Notes: generated from the sequence alone by a model not told the origin. A DNA stretch of 64,000 nt from Nitrospirota bacterium (GCA_963749655.1 CAVVOB010000030.1:1-64000); one strand, 5' to 3'. Numbered from the stretch's first letter, positions 53,167-62,071 are shown. Numbers and translations: made by a program.

Positions 53167-53434
53167 AAACAGCGGAAGCGGCAGGAAGTACGCACCGGGC
53201 GGAGGGAACAGCCTGTCGGCTGAAGCGGACAGGATTTCCCGCACCGCCCGGCGCAACGATCTTTTGAAAGAGATGAAGCAATGCTGAGCACCGGCATGGT
53301 AATCATGCAATGATATTGTCGCGCAGGCCGAGAGCGTGCCGAGAGGCACACACCAGACCCACGACCAGGAAGGTTTCAAGACCGGGCTGCCGAAAAAACT
53401 GAGGCGGCCTTTCCTGTCTTAAGAGGACGGAGCA

Positions 53435-53917
53435 ATGGAAGATAAACTGGAAGGAATCATCACGCGGTATCAGGAGAACGAAGGCAATCTGATCTCGATC
53501 CTTCAGGACATCGAGAGCGAGTTCGGCTATCTGCGCGAGGACGCCATCAACTGGGTCTCGGAGCGGCTCGATGTTCCGCCGGCGAAGTTTTTCGGCATCG
53601 CCACGTTTTACGCCCAGTTCCACCTGAAGCCCAAGGGCAAGAACGTGATCACCGCATGCTGCGGCACCGCGTGCCACGTCAAGGGCTCCGAACGGCTGAT
53701 CAACAGCCTGGTCAAGGAGCTGGCCATTCCCAACGGCGAGGACACGTCGGAAGACCTCAACTTCACCGTGGAAAAGGTCAACTGCGTGGGCGCCTGCAGC
53801 ATCGCGCCGGTCATCATCATCAATAAAACCGTGCACGGCAAGATGACGCCGGACAAGCTTATGAAAGAGACGAAGACCCTCAAGGAGGGGAAGAAGGAGT
53901 ATACGGATTACATTTAA
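53435..53917 (+). CDS. NuoE/HydC-like [2Fe-2S] subunit of the formate dehydrogenase complex
   Basis: ATFYAQF, CCGTACHVKG, CVGACSIAPV. Confidence 0.92.
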   Translation: MEDKLEGIITRYQENEGNLISILQDIESEFGYLREDAINWVSERLDVPPAKFFGIATFYAQFHLKPKGKNVITACCGTACHVKGSERLINSLVKELAIPNGEDTSEDLNFTVEKVNCVGACSIAPVIIINKTVHGKMTPDKLMKETKTLKEGKKEYTDYI

Positions 53918-53919
53918 GG

Positions 53920-54039
53920 CGTGAAACGGGCAACGTAAAACGTAAAACGTGAAACGGGTAACGTCAAGCGTGAGATGTAAGATCTTGTACCTTTCCCCTT
54001 TCACGTTTTGTCTAACCTTTCACGTCTGACGTTTCACGC
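53920..54039. repeat. Heptamer-periodic inverted repeat (CGTGAAA-type, about 9 units in left arm)
   Basis: cgtgaaa cgggcaa cgtaaaa cgtaaaa cgtgaaa cgggtaa cgtcaag cgtgaga ... tttcacg tctgacg tttcacg. Confidence 0.88.
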
Positions 54040-54054
54040 ATTTTTGGGGTGACC

Positions 54055-55833
54055 ATGAGTAAGGACGTTTCAATAAAAATCTGCATGGGAACAGGCGGCA
54101 TTGCCGCGGGCGGCGAAGCGGTGATGTCCTTGTTTACCAAGACGCTTGCCTCCGCCGGCGTCAAGGCATCGGTGGAGAGAAACTGCTCGGTCCACAAAGT
54201 GGGGTGCCGCGGCTTCTGCGCCCGCGACGTGCTCGTGGACGTAATTGTCGACGGCGTCAAGTCGACCTATCAATACATCAAGCCGGACATGGTCGAGCGG
54301 ATCGTGCAGGAGCACATCCTCGGGGAAACGCCCGTGGGCGATTGGCTCGTCAAGGACGATTATCATACGTTTCATGACAAGCAGATCAAGGTCGTTCTGT
54401 CCGACTGCGGTGAGGTGGACCCCGAGGACATCAACTCCTATATCGGCCGCGGCGGGTATGAGGCGGCAAAGACGGTGCTCACCTCGATGGCCCCCCAGGG
54501 CGTCATCGACATCATCAAGGCGTCGGGTCTTCGCGGCCGCGGCGGCGCCGGTTTCCCCACGGGGACCAAATGGGACATGGCGATCAAGGCTCCGGGGCCC
54601 GCCAAATATCTGATCTGCAATGCCGACGAAGGCGACCCGGGCGCCTTCATGGACCGCTCTGTCGTCGAGGGCAATCCGCACGCTGTGCTCGAAGGCATGA
54701 TCATCGGCGCCTACGCCATCGGAGCGCCCTACGGCTACGTGTACATCCGGGCGGAGTACCCCCTTGCCGTTGAACGCCTCCACCTCGCGATCAAGCAGGC
54801 AAAGGAGCAGGGGTACCTCGGCAAGAACATCCTCGGCAAGGGCTTCGATTTCAATATCAAAGTGAAACTCGGCGCAGGCGCCTTCGTGTGCGGCGAAGAA
54901 ACCGCGCTGATCGCCTCCATCGAAGGCAAACGGGGACAGCCGCGCGCCAAGCCGCCCTTCCCGGTCCAGAAGGGGCTGTGGGGCAAGCCGACCATCATCA
55001 ACAACGTCGAGACCCTCGCCAACGTACCGTACATCATCCGCAGGGGCGCGGAGTGGTATGCAGGCATGGGCACCGAGAAGAGCAAGGGGACCAAAGTTTT
55101 CGCGCTGACAGGCAAGATACAGAACTCGGGCCTGATCGAAGTGCCGATGGGCATCCCGCTCAAAGAGGTCATCTACGATATCGGCGGCGGCATCGAAGGC
55201 GGAAGGAAACTCAAGGCCGTCCAGACCGGCGGTCCTTCCGGCGGATGCATTCCTGCGAGCATCGTGGAAACCACGCTCGACTATGAGTCCCTGGGCAAGG
55301 TCGGTTCGATCATGGGCTCCGGCGGCATGGTGGTCCTGGATGAGACGGACTGCATGGTAAACGTCGCCAAGTACTTCCTCCAGTTCACGCAGTCGGAGTC
55401 CTGCGGGAAGTGCGTGCCCTGCCGCGTGGGCACCAAGCGGCTTCTCGAGATCCTGACCCGGATCACCGAGGGCAGGGGCAGGGAGGACGATATCGAGCTC
55501 CTGGAGAGTCTGAGCAGCGACGTGAAGACGTCGTCCCTCTGCGGCCTCGGCCAGAGCGCGCCCAACCCGGTCCTCTCCACGATCAAGTATTATCGCGACG
55601 AGTACGAGGCACATATTTTCGAGAAGCGCTGTCCCGCAGGCGTGTGCAAGGACCTCCTCTCCTACAGCATCGTCGAGCAGTTCTGCAAAGGCTGCACCGC
55701 CTGCACCCGGGTCTGTCCGGCCGGCGCGATCATCGGCGAGAAGAAGAAGCCGCACAAGATCGTCCAGGACATCTGCATCAAGTGCGGGGCCTGCTTTGAG
55801 ACCTGCAAGTTCAAGGCGATTAAAAAAGGCTGA
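54055..55833 (+). CDS. NuoF/HydB-like FMN/NADH-binding subunit with C-terminal ferredoxin domain
   Basis: GLRGRGGAGFPTG, NADEGDPGAFMDR, CGEETAL, GGPSGG, ESCGKCVPCR, two C-terminal CxxCxxCxxxC. Confidence 0.93.
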   Translation: MSKDVSIKICMGTGGIAAGGEAVMSLFTKTLASAGVKASVERNCSVHKVGCRGFCARDVLVDVIVDGVKSTYQYIKPDMVERIVQEHILGETPVGDWLVKDDYHTFHDKQIKVVLSDCGEVDPEDINSYIGRGGYEAAKTVLTSMAPQGVIDIIKASGLRGRGGAGFPTGTKWDMAIKAPGPAKYLICNADEGDPGAFMDRSVVEGNPHAVLEGMIIGAYAIGAPYGYVYIRAEYPLAVERLHLAIKQAKEQGYLGKNILGKGFDFNIKVKLGAGAFVCGEETALIASIEGKRGQPRAKPPFPVQKGLWGKPTIINNVETLANVPYIIRRGAEWYAGMGTEKSKGTKVFALTGKIQNSGLIEVPMGIPLKEVIYDIGGGIEGGRKLKAVQTGGPSGGCIPASIVETTLDYESLGKVGSIMGSGGMVVLDETDCMVNVAKYFLQFTQSESCGKCVPCRVGTKRLLEILTRITEGRGREDDIELLESLSSDVKTSSLCGLGQSAPNPVLSTIKYYRDEYEAHIFEKRCPAGVCKDLLSYSIVEQFCKGCTACTRVCPAGAIIGEKKKPHKIVQDICIKCGACFETCKFKAIKKG

Positions 55834-55840
55834 TCGAACC

Positions 55841-55875
55841 GTCAGGAGTCAGGAGTGAGGAGTCAGGAGTCAGGT
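55841..55875. repeat. Left heptamer arm flanking the four-helix-bundle gene
   Basis: gtcagga gtcagga gtgagga gtcagga gtcaggt. Confidence 0.9.
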
Positions 55876-55883
55876 GAAAAGGA

Positions 55884-56249
55884 ATGGACAAGCCACACAA
55901 AAAATTGAATGTGTGGAAGTCGGCCATTGAGCTTGTACTCGAAATATACCAGCTTACTCAGTTGTTTCCGGGAGAAGAAAAATATGGTCTCGCCAGCCAG
56001 ATGAAACGGGCCGCCGTCAGCGTGGCTAGCAACATAGCGGAGGGCGCAGCGAGAAAGACAAAGAAGGAATTTATTCAATATCTGCACATGGCACAAGGTT
56101 CAATCAGTGAATTGGATACGCAGCTTGAAATAACAAAACAACTTAAGTACGTACCAGTAGACAGGGTGTCTGCGGTAGATGTGTTGATGGAGAAAACAGA
56201 CAAAATGCTGAGCGGATTAATTAAACATCAGCAATCTCCTCACTCCTGA
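55884..56249 (+). CDS. Four-helix-bundle protein (23S rRNA IVS protein / bAvd-like family)
   Basis: L.VW, FP.EEKYGL.SQ..RAAVSVASNIAEG, F.QYL..A.GS..ELDTQL; AT-richer than its neighbours. Confidence 0.92.
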   Translation: MDKPHKKLNVWKSAIELVLEIYQLTQLFPGEEKYGLASQMKRAAVSVASNIAEGAARKTKKEFIQYLHMAQGSISELDTQLEITKQLKYVPVDRVSAVDVLMEKTDKMLSGLIKHQQSPHS

Positions 56250-56264
56250 CACCTTACTCCTTAC
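56237..56264. repeat. Right heptamer arm (complementary to 55841-55875), contains the gene's stop codon
   Basis: tcctcac tcctgac accttac tccttac. Confidence 0.9.
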
Positions 56265-56288
56265 TAAACGAACGAATGCGGAGTAAAG

Positions 56289-58961
56289 ATGGCTAACCTC
56301 ACTATAAATGGAAAACAAATAACGGTACCTGACGGCACCACGGTACTCGACGCCGCGCGCCGGAACGACATTTACATCCCGACGCTCTGCGACGACCCGC
56401 GGCTCGAGCCCTACGGCGGCTGCAGGCTCTGCCTCGTTCAGATCAAGGGCATGCCCCGTCCGGTCACGGCCTGCACCACGCCGGTCACCGAGGCCATGGA
56501 AGTGGAGACCTCGAACGCGCAGATCGAGCGGCAACGGCGCACGATCGTGGAGCTTCTGCTCTCCGACCACCCGAACGACTGCATGGTGTGCGAGCGGGCC
56601 GGCGACTGCACGCTCCAGGAGCTTGCTTACTTCCACGAAATCCGCACGAACCGCTTTGCCGGTGAGCGCCGGACCTATGCCAAAAAGGACGCGAATCCCT
56701 TCATCGAACGGGACATGGAAAAATGCATCCTCTGCGGCAAGTGCGTGCGGGTGTGCGAGGAGATCCAGGGCGTTGCCGCAATCGACATCGCGAACCGCGG
56801 ATTTACGGCAAAAGTTGCCACGGCCTTCGAGAAGGACCTGAACTGCGAGTTCTGCGGCCAGTGCGTTTCCGTCTGCCCCACCGGCGCGCTGATGGGCAAG
56901 GAGTCGCTGGGCAAGGGCAGGCAGAAGGACGTGAAGCAGGTGGAGACCGTGTGCTCCTACTGCGGCTGCGGCTGCAACCTGACGCTCCACGTGAGCAGGA
57001 ACGAAGTGGTGCGCGTCACGTCGCGCCCCGACACGGTGAACGAGGGCTGGCTCTGCGTCAAGGGCCGCTTCGGATTCAGTTTCATCAACAGCCCCGACAG
57101 GCTCACGACGCCGCTCATCAGGAAGGACGGCAAGCTCGTTCCCGCCTCGTGGGACGAGGCGTTCGGGTACATCGTCGACAAACTCACCGCCATCAAGGCG
57201 AAGCACGGCCCCGACGCCATTGGCGGCCTCTCCTCGGCCCGGTGCACGAACGAGGAAAACTACCTGTTCCAGAAATTCATCCGCGCGGGGATCGGCACGA
57301 ACAACGTCGATCACTGCGCGCGCCTCTGACACAGCTCGACTGTGGCCGGTCTGGCCACCGTATTCGGCTCCGGGGCAATGACGAACTCGATCGCCGAGAT
57401 CGAGAACAATGACGCGCTGTTCGTCATCGGCTCGAACACCAAGGAAAGCCATCCCATCATCGCGCTCCGCATGATCAAGGCAAAGCGCAAGGGCGCCAGG
57501 ATCATCGTTGCCGATCCGCGGCGGGTGCCGATGGTGCGCTTCGCCGACATCTGGCTGCAGCACCGCCCGGGCACCGACGTCGCGCTCCTGAACGGCATGA
57601 TGCACGTGATCGTGAAGGAAGGCCTTGTCAAGAAAGACTTCATCGAAGCCATGACCGAAGGATTCGACGACGCATTCCGAAAGAACCTCGAAACCTACAC
57701 GCCCGAGGCAGCGTCGAAGATCACCGGCGTTCCAGCGGACCTGATCGTGAAGGCGGCCCGCATGTACGGCAGTGCCGAGCGGGCGGGCATCTATTACACC
57801 ATGGGCATCACCCAGCACGCCCACGGCACGGAGAACGTGTTTTCCATCGCCAACCTGGCCCTCATGACCGGAAACCTCGGCAAGGAGAGCGCAGGCGTCA
57901 ACCCGCTTCGCGGACAGAACAATGTCCAGGGCTCGACGGACATGGGCTGCGTGCCGAACAACTATCCCGGCTATCAGCGCGTCACCATCCCGGCGATCCG
58001 GGAGAAGTTCGAGGCCCTCTGGAAGGTGAAACTCTCGGACAAGGAAGGCATGACCGCTACGGAGATGATCCCGGCCGCGGAGAAGGGCTCTCTGAAGGCG
58101 CTGTATATCATGGGTGAGAACCCCGTGGTCTCGGACCCCAACTGCGCTCACACCGTGAAGGCGCTCAAAACGCTCGAGCTTCTGGTGGTCCAGGACATCT
58201 TCATGACCGAAACGGCGGAGCTGGCGCACGTTGTCCTGCCCGGCTCATCCTTCGCCGAGAAGGTCGGAACGTTCACGAACACCGAGCGCCGCGTCCAGCG
58301 GGTGAGAAGGGCGGTCAACTCGCCCGGGCTTGCCATGAAAGACTCGCTCATTATCATGGAGCTGTCGAAGCGCATGGGCTATGAAATGAACTACTCGCAC
58401 ACCGTCGAGGTCTTCCGCGAGATCGGCCAGGCCTGGCCTGCTCTTGCCGGCATGAGCTACGCGCGGCTCGAGGACGGGGGGCTGCAGTGGCCCTGCCCCA
58501 CGCACGATCATCCGGGCACGCAGTTCCTGTTCAAGGGCGGGTTCCCGCGCGGGAAGGGGCGTTTCTCGCTCGTTACGTTCAAACCGTCCCATGAGGAGAC
58601 GGACAGCGAGTATCCGTTCCTCCTGACCACCGGACGGACGCTCTTCCAGTATCACACCGGCACCATGACCAGGCGCGTCAAGGCGATCAACACGATATCG
58701 CCCGAGGCCTTCATCGAGATCAATCCCGAGGACGCAAAGGCCCTTGCCGTCCGGGAGGGCTCGAGCGTGAAGGTCAGCTCGCGGCGCGGTGCGATCACGC
58801 TCAAGGTCATGGTGTCCAAGCGGCCCGCGAAAGGCGTCGTGTTCATCCCCTTCCATTTCAAGGAAGCGGCGGCCAATGCGCTCACGAGCGCCAAGGCCCT
58901 TGATCCGATCGCAAAAATTCCGGCCTTTAAAGTATCGGCAGTAAGAATCGAACAGGCATGA
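56289..58961 (+). CDS. fdhA: Selenocysteine-containing formate dehydrogenase alpha subunit with NuoG-like N-terminal Fe-S domains
   Basis: ORFs 56289-57329 and 57342-58961 are in frame: DHCARL-TGA-HSSTVAGL; CSYCGCGC, PLRGQNNVQG, GTFTNTERR. Confidence 0.93.
57342..57358 (+). promoter_or_regulatory. Bacterial SECIS hairpin
   Basis: GTGGCC-GGTCT-GGCCAC 12 nt after the in-frame TGA (57327-57329); similar to the fdhF SECIS. Confidence 0.85.
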
Positions 58962-58963
58962 CC

Positions 58964-59069
58964 CGGGAGACGTGAGACGTTAAACGTGAAACGGGAGACG
59001 GGAGAAACAATGCCCGTTGAACTAAAGATGAGTAAGAGGTTCATTTTCGTTTCACCTCTCACCTTGCAC
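58964..59069. repeat. Heptamer-periodic inverted repeat (CGTGAGA-type)
   Basis: cgggaga cgtgaga cgttaaa cgtgaaa cgggaga cgggaga ... tttcacc tctcacc. Confidence 0.8.
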
Positions 59070-59084
59070 ACCGAGGAGGACCGC

Positions 59085-59543
59085 ATGGCCGACAAGTTGG
59101 AACTCAAGCAGCAGATTCTCTTCAGCGAACTGACGGACGCAGAGCTTGGCATGATCGCTCAGAAGGTCGTAGTCGAGAACTACCGCAAGGGGCAGCCGAT
59201 CTTCAGGGAAGGCGAACCCACAAAGGGAATCTATTTGCTCAAGGCCGGCAAGGTCGAGATCTCGAAGAACACCGCAGACGGATGGAAGCAGACCCTCGCG
59301 ATCCTCGTGGAAAATCATATCTTCGGCGAGCTTTCGGTCATCGAAGACAAGCCGAAGCACGGCGCAGACGCCACGGCCATTGAAAACACCGATGTGTACC
59401 GCATCAAGACCGAGGACTTCAAGGCCTTCGAAAAAAGCGACGCGGCCATGATGTACAAGATCATGAAGACCATCGCCCGCATTGCCAGCAAGAACGTGCA
59501 CTCCATGAACGAAAAGCTGATGAAGCTCCTGATCAGCTACTGA
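59085..59543 (+). CDS. Stand-alone cyclic-nucleotide-binding domain protein
   Basis: IFREGE, YLLKAGKVEI, FGELSVI; no HTH; GAGGAGG RBS. Confidence 0.85.
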   Translation: MADKLELKQQILFSELTDAELGMIAQKVVVENYRKGQPIFREGEPTKGIYLLKAGKVEISKNTADGWKQTLAILVENHIFGELSVIEDKPKHGADATAIENTDVYRIKTEDFKAFEKSDAAMMYKIMKTIARIASKNVHSMNEKLMKLLISY

Positions 59544-59548
59544 GAAGC

Positions 59549-59612
59549 CGTGAAATGTGAGGAGTAAGGCGAGAGGTCGTTTTAATCTCCTTACTCCTAA
59601 CACCTTACTACT
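59549..59612. repeat. Heptamer-periodic inverted repeat (GTGAGGA-type)
   Basis: gtgaaat gtgagga gtaaggc gagagg ... tccttac tcctaac accttac. Confidence 0.82.
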
Positions 59613-59647
59613 ACTGAATTTTACTTTTCGAAAAGGGAGGTAGACGA

Positions 59648-61415
59648 ATGGCACTCGATCCAACGAAGCATGCAGACTGGGAAATTGCGGAAGATTCAGA
59701 AACACGAATGAAGCCGATCACCGAGATCGCGAAGAAGATGGGGCTCAACGACGACGAGCTTCTGCTGCACGGTCACTACATCGCCAAGGTGGATTTCAAG
59801 AAGGTGCTGAAGCGCTTCGAGGGCAAGCCCGACGGCAAATACATCGACGTCACGGCCATCACCCCGACGCCGCTCGGCGAAGGCAAGTCCACCTCCACCA
59901 TCGGCCTCACCCAGGGCCTGGGCAAGCGCGGCAAGAACGTGATCGCCGCGATCCGCCAGCCTTCGGGCGGCCCGACCATGAACATCAAGGGCTCGGCGGC
60001 CGGCGGCGGCCTTTCGCAGGTCATCCCGCTCACGCCGTTCTCCCTCGGCCTCACCGGCGACATCAACGCCATCATGAACGCCCACAACCTCGCCATGGTC
60101 GCGCTCACGTCGCGGATGCAGCACGAGTTCAACTACAACGACGAGCAGCTTGCGAAGACGGAAACTGAAGCGCCTCAACATCGACCCGCACAACGTGGAG
60201 ATGAAGTGGATCATGGACTTCTGCGCCCAGTCGCTGCGCGAGATCGTCATCGGCATGGGCGGCAAGACGAACGGCTTCATGATGAAGTCCGGCTTCGCCA
60301 TCGCCGTGTCGTCGGAAGTGATGGCCATCCTCGCCGTCGCCAGGGACCTGAAGGACATGCGCGAGCGCATGGGCCGGATCGTCGTGGCCTACAGCAAGGA
60401 CGGCTCCCCGGTGACGACCGAAGACCTCGACGTCGCCGGCGCCATGACCGCCTGGATGGTCGAGGCCCTGAACCCGAACCTGCTCCAGACCATCGAAGGC
60501 CAGCCCGTGTTCGTGCACGCCGGCCCCTTCGCCAATATCGCCATCGGCCAGTCCTCGATCATCGCCGACCGCATCGGCCTGAAGCTCGGCGACTACGTCG
60601 TGACCGAGTCCGGCTTTGCCGCCGACATCGGCTTCGAGAAGTTCTGGAACCTGAAGTGCCGCATCTCGGGCCTGAAGCCCCATGCCGCCGTGGTCGTCGC
60701 CACGATCCGCGCGCTCAAGTGCCACGGCGGCGCGCCCATCCCGGTGCCGGGCAAGCCCATGCCCGCGGAATACAAGGGCGAGAACGTCGGCTGGGTCGAG
60801 AAGGGCTGCGAGAACCTCATCCACCACATCAAGACCGTGAAGAAGGCGGGCATCAATCCCGTGGTCTGCATCAACGCCTTCTACACCGACACGGACAACG
60901 AGATCAAGGCCGTGCGGCAGGCTCGCCGAGGCAGCAGGCGCCCGCGTGGCCCTTTCCCGTCACTGGGAAAAGGGCGGCGACGGCGCCCTGGAATTCGCCG
61001 ACGCCGTCGTCGACGCCTGCAACGAGAAGAACGACTTCAAGCTTCCTCTATGAGCTCGATACCCCGCTCCGGAAGCGCATCGAGCTGATCGCCAAGGAAG
61101 TGTACGGCGCCGACGGCGTGGACTATACCCCTGAGGCCGAGGCAAAGGCGAAGAAGATGGAAGCGGACCCCGAGACCGCCAAGCTCGGCACCTGCATGGT
61201 GAAGACCCACCTGTCGCTCACGGACAACCCGATCCATCAAGGGCGTGCCCAAGGGCTGGAGGCTCCGCATCCGCGACATCCTGACCTACAAGGGCGCGGG
61301 CTTCGTCGTCCCGGTGGCAGGCACGATCACGCTCATGCCCGGCACGTCGTCCGACCCGGCCTATCGCCGCGTGGATGTGGATGTGGAGACGGGGAAGGTG
61401 AAAGGCGTGTTCTAA
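59648..61415 (+). CDS. fhs: Formate-tetrahydrofolate ligase (apparent +1 frameshifts near 60157, 60921, 61042, 61232)
   Basis: [46 protein letters not shown]; segments are collinear across frames. Confidence 0.9.
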
Positions 61416-61421
61416 TAAAAC

Positions 61422-61450
61422 AGTGAGAAGTAAAAAGTGAGAAGTCAGGT
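61422..61450. repeat. Heptamer repeat, purine arm only
   Basis: agtgaga agtaaaa agtgaga agtcagg. Confidence 0.6.
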
Positions 61451-61456
61451 GATGTT

Positions 61457-61493
61457 AAAAGCCCCTGCCGGATACCGCCGGCAGGGGCTTTTT
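61457..61493. terminator. Bidirectional intrinsic terminator between fhs and the convergent gene
   Basis: AAAAGCCCCTGCCGG-loop-CCGGCAGGGGCTTTTT. Confidence 0.88.
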
Positions 61494-61524
61494 GTTCGGC
61501 ATCAACGATGATGGAGAAGGAGCA

Positions 61525-61860
61525 TCAATGCCATTTCGGCAGCTGCTTCTTCAGGTCCGCGCTGTACTGTGCCAGCACATGAACGCGGTCCATCAGCAGT
61601 TCCTTGGCCTTTTCGTAGAACGGCTTGACCTCTTCGACATGAATTTTCCGGTCCTTGAACGTGGCGCCGTTAAAACAGTTGACAGCCCGGTATGCATCCA
61701 CGTCCAGGGACATTTCGATGTAGCCTGAACCCCTCGGATGACGGAGCAGATCCATCAGAATTTCTACCGCCTGGACCTCTCCGATTTGTGCAAAAAAGTC
61801 CTTCAGCCGGTCTTCTGTAACATCCTTCGGCAGGTTCTCAATGTAGATTTTTGTTGCCAT
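61525..61860 (-). CDS. RRM (RNP-1) RNA-binding protein
   Basis: KIYIENLP (RNP2), RGSGYIEM (RNP1); GGAGG RBS. Confidence 0.85.
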   Translation of the reverse strand: MATKIYIENLPKDVTEDRLKDFFAQIGEVQAVEILMDLLRHPRGSGYIEMSLDVDAYRAVNCFNGATFKDRKIHVEEVKPFYEKAKELLMDRVHVLAQYSADLKKQLPKWH

Positions 61861-62045
61861 ACAACGTGCCTCCCTGGTAATTCTCCGACTTAATAATGAT
61901 TTTTCCCGTCTCCGGAAAAGCGAGTCAACAAAAATAGTATAGCAGAAAAAAGGCGCCCCGATGACCTGATCGTGAAATAAACGCGGCGGCATTCCGGAAG
62001 TGCTTTTCGCCGCTTGCCCATTTCCCGCATTCTCCCGCAAGCCAT

Positions 62046-62071
62046 AAAAAAAGCCGCCGGAGCGGCGGCTT
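62046..62071 (-). terminator. Intrinsic terminator of the TPR gene
   Basis: AAGCCGCC-loop-GGCGGCTT-type stem with a T-run on the minus strand. Confidence 0.75.

Noticed and set aside
53273-53302. Mini-ORF M-K-Q-C-U-A-P-A-W as a selenium-sensing leader peptide
   Set aside because: Only nine codons with no clear RBS or SECIS; could easily arise by chance
53327-53432. Glycine riboswitch (GAGAG-hairpin-CACC ... AGGACGGAG resemblance)
   Set aside because: Lacks the conserved CCGAAG and CTCTCAGG elements
53435-55833. Respiratory complex I nuoE/nuoF
   Set aside because: No other nuo genes nearby; adjacent to fdhA, and the NuoF-like protein carries HydB-type extra domains
55884-56249. Diversity-generating retroelement or 23S rRNA intervening sequence
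   Set aside because: No reverse transcriptase, no TR/VR pair and no rRNA sequence in the window
48621-58229. Long antisense ORFs (48621-50735, 50974-53379, 54070-55755, 56217-58229) and similar shadow ORFs elsewhere
   Set aside because: They mirror strongly recognisable plus-strand genes and are expected from high third-position GC; no recognisable motifs
56289-58961. Two separate genes or a nonsense pseudogene for fdhA
   Set aside because: The TGA is at the conserved Sec/Cys position, both ORFs are in frame and a SECIS hairpin follows
45734-61415. cooC, acsD and fhs as true pseudogenes or programmed frameshifts
   Set aside because: All lesions are +1 insertions with otherwise intact sequence and no common slippery motif; sequencing error is more parsimonious
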